Origin: a virus
Direction: 5' to 3' (one strand)
Virus record (IMG/VR): IMGVR_UViG_3300021093_000006
DNA length: 64,000 nucleotides
Below, piece after piece: positions 58,880-64,000 of this stretch. The translations under genes were made by a program, and so were the position numbers. Position 1 is the first letter of the stretch, and the number at the start of each line of letters is the position of its first letter. Below the pieces are notes generated by a model. It was given only the letters and a program-made list of their open reading frames with translations, searched no databases and was not told where the DNA came from.

Positions 58880-61800
58880 TCAAGGATTAAAATAATTAAT
58901 TAATGGGTTACCATTCTTATCTGTAAATATTGTTAACACTTTTTCAAAAGTAGAAAAGACTACCTCAATACCTTTACCATTATATTGGTGTGTAATGTCT
59001 ATACATTTTTTATAAATAGTGGCAGAACCACTATTTAATGATGAATAATCGTAAGCACTTTTAGAATTTTCTTTTAGATATTTCCATATTTTTAAAGAAG
59101 TAAAAAACGCCTGTTCAGGTGTTTTAGAAAATTGTTTTGGGTCTATTTGTCCTAAATCTGAATAGATATCTGTGTATTGTTTTCTACCTACCATATAAAG
59201 GTATCCTCTAGGTCTAAATCTATAAGCATCACCCTCAAAAATATTATAATATTTAGTAGTAGCACTTAAATTAGCCTCTTGATCATTTAATTTTTTTAAT
59301 TCTTTTTCTAATTTTTCTTTTTCGGTTTTTTCAGTTGCATTATTAACATCTAAATTAGGTAATTTATCATTTATTTCTTTTTTTCTGTTTTCAATCCGAT
59401 CATTTATTAAAAATTCCTTCAAATCGTCATTACCTGGTAATAAATAAGAAATGTCATCTATAGTACCCGCAGTGAATATTGGTTGCACTTTTAAATATTT
59501 TTCATTAGATGTTGTAATGCCATAGTATTTAATTTTACCATTATTTATATCATTTTCAGGAAATCTTCTTATATAAGTTTCTTTATTTTCCGCATCCCAT
59601 TTCATTTCAGTGCTTAATAAATTTTCGGAATTAGAAAAAATTGCTGATAATGCCATAGTCACTTGAGAATTTGTTACTATTTTTTCTGACTCTAAATTAA
59701 TTCTGAAATAATCTATTAAGTTCCTTAAATTTTCATCAGTAAAACTTGTCACACCAATATTTTTAAATTTATCAATACCTGATTGACCATTAAAATTAAT
59801 GTCGAAATCAAATTTATCGTTAGGGTTTAAAACACCAATACTAAATAATTCATTTTTATTATTTAAATTGGTAAACTCTATTTTTGGTGTTTCACTACTT
59901 TCATTTAAATCAATATCTAAATCCGCAGTTATTTCTTTTGTTGGGGAAGTTTTAAATCTGGATTGTCTAACACCATCAAAGCTAGTTGACATTTCATTTG
60001 GAGAAATGCTATGTGACACACTTGTTATTAAATACGCACCATTAAAAAATGGTACATTTTGTAAGTCAAAATACATTAAAGGTTGTATATTCATACAACC
60101 CATAGCATCAACCTTACAAGTATAAGATCTAGCTTTAAATAATCTTAATAAATCTGTACCCACATATGTTTTTTGAGTACCCCCTCTCTTATCAATAATA
60201 TCAGATAATGCTGAAAAATATTCGCCAGTTTCTCTATGTTCTTGCTGACTCAAAGATAAATTTTTAAATACTGTTTGATTCTGGGCACCAAAAGATACTC
60301 TAAATGCCACTAATGATGTCTCATCTATACCAATGTTACCATTATTATCAATAAGGGCTTTATTGGTATCGGTTAAATCTGCTGGTATTTCACCAGTAGT
60401 TAAACTAAAACCATCGTCTTTAAAATAATAATTACTTCTTTCTCCTATATCTAATCTTTCTGATGCACCACCAATATATATACAACAGAATATTGGTCCT
60501 GTAGATTCATTATTTTGTAACACTGTTTGTGGTTGAAATATCTTACCTACCTCTTCTGCATTTTTGAAATTTATGTATGTAGGTAAAATTTGAAATAAAA
60601 AATTACTATCTCTTAATAATTTAGATATGAAAAAATAAACACTGGTGTTTAAATTACTACCCAAAGTAAGAAAACTTTTTAAATTAAAGGTGGCTTCATC
60701 ACCAATAAATCTCCAACCTCTATCTATAAATTTAAAATAATCAAATAAATTTTTATTATTAGGATCACCACAAATATTAAATGATTTTTCTTCACTACCA
60801 ACCCATTTATTATTTATATTTTTAAAATAGTTATATAACTGTAACTTAATAGGTGTAAGATTTTTTTTATCATTTTTAAATTCATTAGTCCCTTCTTCAC
60901 CATTTTTATTGTCTTTACCAACTTCATTAAATTTTTGTTTAAAATTAGTTATATAACTCAATAAAGAATTTTTATCTACCACTAAACCTTTGTAATTTGT
61001 TTTATTAAACTGAATTTTAACTTTATCAAATATATCTGGATTCAAAAGAATTAAATCAGTTGTCTCTTTTATTTTAGAATGGACGTATGATTTTGCTAAA
61101 TCTTTATCTTGTTTAGTTAATGTCGATTGAGTAATTAAATCGGGTACATATTTTTTTATATTTTTTTCAAAAGTACCCGTTAATGATGAATTAAAGTTTT
61201 CTGAATCTACCCAATTTTTAAATGTATTTATTAACTTATTTTTTACTGATTTTGGTAAATATAATAATTCATCTTCTAAATATTCAGACGCTATTTTATC
61301 TATTTTATTTGTTGATGATGCCGCCCTATATCCAATTCTATTTAAATAACAATTTGGTGGGGTAATAAATAATGAATAATCTTTATTATTTAAATTTGTT
61401 TTTTTAATTGGATCAGAAGTCACTAAAGATTCTTCATACCGCCATAGAAGTGCCCCAATATAATAAACATATAATTTTGGGAGGTTAATTATTCTAGCGC
61501 CATTAAAAACTAAATTATCAAAAACTGAATTTAAAAATCCTTCTTTAAAATTTCTAAATGGAAATGTTGATAATAATAATAGTGCCCTAGAATAATTAGA
61601 AGTTTGTCCTTCATATAAATCATTATCAGTCATTATATCACCATAATCTGTTTTTCCTGTATATGTTTTATTAAAATAAGTTGAGTTTATATAAAGACTA
61701 TCATTAGTTGAACCAGTAGGATTTACATCCTCTAACCTACATTTAGATAAATCACCTAAAATTAAATTATTACTATTTTTTAAAATTCTATTCCCTACTT

Positions 61801-64000
61801 CTTTATACCAAATATTATATGAATTATACGTGGTTAAATTATTTGCACCTGAGTAGAAGTTTTTATAGAATAACTCTGGACCTTTTACTTCTTTATTAAT
61901 AATGTTACCAGCATTAGGATCGGTTAATTTTCTATAAATTTCATCATCTTTAATTTCTTGAAATAATTTTTTATTATTATTAACAATACCTTTTTCATCA
62001 AATAAAATATATTCTATATCATCAGAAAAAATTCCACTAATTTTAAAATCCCCTATCTTTTGATACCCATTTACCTCACTTATTTCATACCCTATATTAT
62101 TTTCAATAATAAAATCATTATAAAATTTACATTTTTTTATATTAAAAGATTCTGCTGCAACAACAGGTGTATTAGGATTATTTAATTGATTTTCAATTTC
62201 TATTAATAAATTAGAAATTATTTTTCTAGCTTTTTCTGAAAATATTGTTTTATTTGCAGAAATGGATTCTAACCTAGCGTATTCATCTATATTTCTTAAT
62301 CCTGTCGATGGAGAGAACTTTGTGTAATTATTTAATAATGATACTCTAGTAAAAAACTTTTCTAATAATTCATTACCTATACTTTGTACATCATTCAGTG
62401 AATTTAATTTTATCCAAGGATTTACTTTATAATCTATTGGATTAATAGGAAACCAATTATCTGTATCTAAACCATTTTTTAAAACACTAGCTTTTGTGAC
62501 ATCTTCTAAAGTTTTTGTTTTACCAACAATATTTTCAAAAACTCTCTCAACAAAATCCAATTCAGGAAAATCTGAAGTATTAATACCCAAAACATCTCCC
62601 ATATAAATTTCTTCTAAATCACCTTTATCTCCTTTTTGATATATTGAAGGCCAAGCAACACCGTCTATACCTGTTGGGACATCTGTTTCATATGTTTTTA
62701 AAATGGACTTTCTATTTTCGGCTTTAGTTTTATCTTCTGCCGCAACACTTATATCATATATTGTTTCTACCATTGCCTGAGTATTATTCGCAATAATCTC
62801 AAAACATTTACCAATGGTAGGATTAAAATTAAATTCTTTTCTAAAATTTTCTAATAATTTTTCGTTAATTTCTTCCTGTACAATTTCTTTTTGTATTTTC
62901 ACTATTTCTTCCAAATCAATTATACTATCTTCTAATAACGCTCTTTGTTTCCTAAAATCTGCAACTAAAACATTTGATGTAGGTAACAAATTAGTTTTTG
63001 GTGAATAATAAATTTTATCTGAAATATTTTTTTTTAATCTATCTGTATTTAAATTATTATTTATGTCAGGGCCTTTATCATAATTTTTAAGTAAATTAAT
63101 TTCTGAACCAGTTGTATAAAAACTTTCTAAAATAAAATCTAATCTTTTTGGATCTGGTTTTAAATTAACTCCTTTAGTTGGTGATACTATATAGTTCTCC
63201 CAATTTTCTTCATTAGTTATATCAAAAAATGAATCAATTAAATCCCTATCTTTAGTAGATTCAACTGTCTCATTTGTTTTGATTTTTTGTGTTTTTAAAA
63301 TATCTTTTAATTTTGCACTTTCTAAGGTGTTGTTAGGTTGATATTTTATTCTTTGATCAGATTTTAAATATTCTTTATATTTTAAAATAATAGAATTTAA
63401 AGTAGAAATATAAGATTTAAAAGATGCCCTATTTATAGAATTAAAAACAACATAATCCCTTATAGATAAATAATTTTTATTTTTTATTAATTCATCGTCT
63501 TTTATTGGTGATGTATCAATAATATCAATTCTATTTTCTAATTCTAAATAAGATTTAGATTGTACTGTTTTTTCATCACTACCATTAGAATCACTTTTAG
63601 GTTCTTTTTGAATTGCATTACCTATAAAAGATTTAAGTGTTTTTAAAAGACTTAATTTACCATTTAAATCTTTTAGGAATTGAAAACTGTTTATTTCAGT
63701 TTTAATTATTTCTGATTGTACTTGTAACTTACTAATTTGTGTAAAAAAATCATCTATTTTTCTTATATTTAATTCACCACTATTTCTTAAATCTTCTAAA
63801 GTTTTTCCACCTAAATCAGAACTACCTATTTCAGATTTACTTTCATCAAATATACGATTTAAATTATTATAACCTTCAGTAGTATTAATTGTACCTATAA
63901 TATTCCCTAAAACCATATCATTTAAAAAAGCCTGCTGAAAACCTAAGAAGTTGGCGGTAATGTCAAAATTACCTGTACTCCCATCAAAATTAGATGTCCA
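58880..64000 (-). CDS. Very large baseplate-hub-like protein with a C-terminal degenerate GH19 domain; 5' end lies beyond the window
   Basis: The frame stays open from 63916 to 64000 (WTSNFDGSTGNFDITANFLGFQQAFLND). Hub-like YTCKVDAMG...FNGAYLITSVSHSIS; GH19-like EGDAYRFRPRGYLYMVGRKQY. Confidence 0.65.
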   Translation of the reverse strand, partial: WTSNFDGSTGNFDITANFLGFQQAFLNDMVLGNIIGTINTTEGYNNLNRIFDESKSEIGSSDLGGKTLEDLRNSGELNIRKIDDFFTQISKLQVQSEIIKTEINSFQFLKDLNGKLSLLKTLKSFIGNAIQKEPKSDSNGSDEKTVQSKSYLELENRIDIIDTSPIKDDELIKNKNYLSIRDYVVFNSINRASFKSYISTLNSIILKYKEYLKSDQRIKYQPNNTLESAKLKDILKTQKIKTNETVESTKDRDLIDSFFDITNEENWENYIVSPTKGVNLKPDPKRLDFILESFYTTGSEINLLKNYDKGPDINNNLNTDRLKKNISDKIYYSPKTNLLPTSNVLVADFRKQRALLEDSIIDLEEIVKIQKEIVQEEINEKLLENFRKEFNFNPTIGKCFEIIANNTQAMVETIYDISVAAEDKTKAENRKSILKTYETDVPTGIDGVAWPSIYQKGDKGDLEEIYMGDVLGINTSDFPELDFVERVFENIVGKTKTLEDVTKASVLKNGLDTDNWFPINPIDYKVNPWIKLNSLNDVQSIGNELLEKFFTRVSLLNNYTKFSPSTGLRNIDEYARLESISANKTIFSEKARKIISNLLIEIENQLNNPNTPVVAAESFNIKKCKFYNDFIIENNIGYEISEVNGYQKIGDFKISGIFSDDIEYILFDEKGIVNNNKKLFQEIKDDEIYRKLTDPNAGNIINKEVKGPELFYKNFYSGANNLTTYNSYNIWYKEVGNRILKNSNNLILGDLSKCRLEDVNPTGSTNDSLYINSTYFNKTYTGKTDYGDIMTDNDLYEGQTSNYSRALLLLSTFPFRNFKEGFLNSVFDNLVFNGARIINLPKLYVYYIGALLWRYEESLVTSDPIKKTNLNNKDYSLFITPPNCYLNRIGYRAASSTNKIDKIASEYLEDELLYLPKSVKNKLINTFKNWVDSENFNSSLTGTFEKNIKKYVPDLITQSTLTKQDKDLAKSYVHSKIKETTDLILLNPDIFDKVKIQFNKTNYKGLVVDKNSLLSYITNFKQKFNEVGKDNKNGEEGTNEFKNDKKNLTPIKLQLYNYFKNINNKWVGSEEKSFNICGDPNNKNLFDYFKFIDRGWRFIGDEATFNLKSFLTLGSNLNTSVYFFISKLLRDSNFLFQILPTYINFKNAEEVGKIFQPQTVLQNNESTGPIFCCIYIGGASERLDIGERSNYYFKDDGFSLTTGEIPADLTDTNKALIDNNGNIGIDETSLVAFRVSFGAQNQTVFKNLSLSQQEHRETGEYFSALSDIIDKRGGTQKTYVGTDLLRLFKARSYTCKVDAMGCMNIQPLMYFDLQNVPFFNGAYLITSVSHSISPNEMSTSFDGVRQSRFKTSPTKEITADLDIDLNESSETPKIEFTNLNNKNELFSIGVLNPNDKFDFDINFNGQSGIDKFKNIGVTSFTDENLRNLIDYFRINLESEKIVTNSQVTMALSAIFSNSENLLSTEMKWDAENKETYIRRFPENDINNGKIKYYGITTSNEKYLKVQPIFTAGTIDDISYLLPGNDDLKEFLINDRIENRKKEINDKLPNLDVNNATEKTEKEKLEKELKKLNDQEANLSATTKYYNIFEGDAYRFRPRGYLYMVGRKQYTDIYSDLGQIDPKQFSKTPEQAFFTSLKIWKYLKENSKSAYDYSSLNSGSATIYKKCIDITHQYNGKGIEVVFSTFEKVLTIFTDKNGNPLINYFNP

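Noticed and set aside
1863-63008. Many 60-155 aa opposite-strand ORFs in the track (e.g. 5422, 8102, 12082, 43237, 45521, 57195, 59799)
   Set aside because: They lie wholly antisense to long genes, have Ser/Phe/Leu/Ile-rich shadow composition, and show no promoter or motif support.
1-64000. Stop-codon reassignment as in some large phages
   Set aside because: Conserved genes translate full-length with code 11, coding density is high, and both TGA and TAG end genes.

Overview
A very AT-rich 64-kb segment of a large, contractile-tailed dsDNA bacteriophage. All calls come from motif recognition by eye; no database searches were run. Almost all genes are on the minus strand. From left to right the window holds: a lysis and head-associated region (PG-binding amidase running off the left edge and missed by the ORF track, a YkuD-like enzyme, a catalytically degenerate amidase paralogue, membrane and coiled-coil proteins); a host-like sigma70 factor; a recombination and replication block (SbcC, SbcD, PD-(D/E)XK nuclease, primase, RuvC); a roughly 30-kb tail and baseplate module (two tail-collar-like paralogues, a beta-propeller protein, a chaperone-capped fibre with 14-aa repeats, a 2818-aa protein, gp6-like and gp25-like wedge proteins); a CxC-repeat protein; class II RNR, DnaB, 5'-3' exonuclease, RecA and gp32-like SSB; and a hub-like protein with a degenerate GH19 domain running off the right edge. 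TTTG-N18-20-TAnnTTTG promoters, A-rich start regions without an obvious Shine-Dalgarno, and the sigma type point to a Bacteroidota host. A second motif, sense-strand TATTTAT, heads nearly every structural and lysis operon. Best leads: the two-class promoter map, a family of late genes with N-terminal (I/L)-x-E motifs that may be capsid-packaged cargo, two counter-oriented envelope-targeted morons sharing one promoter, dead peptidoglycan-hydrolase paralogues, and unusually Cys-rich virion proteins. I saw no tRNA, CRISPR array, intein, mobile element or codon reassignment.
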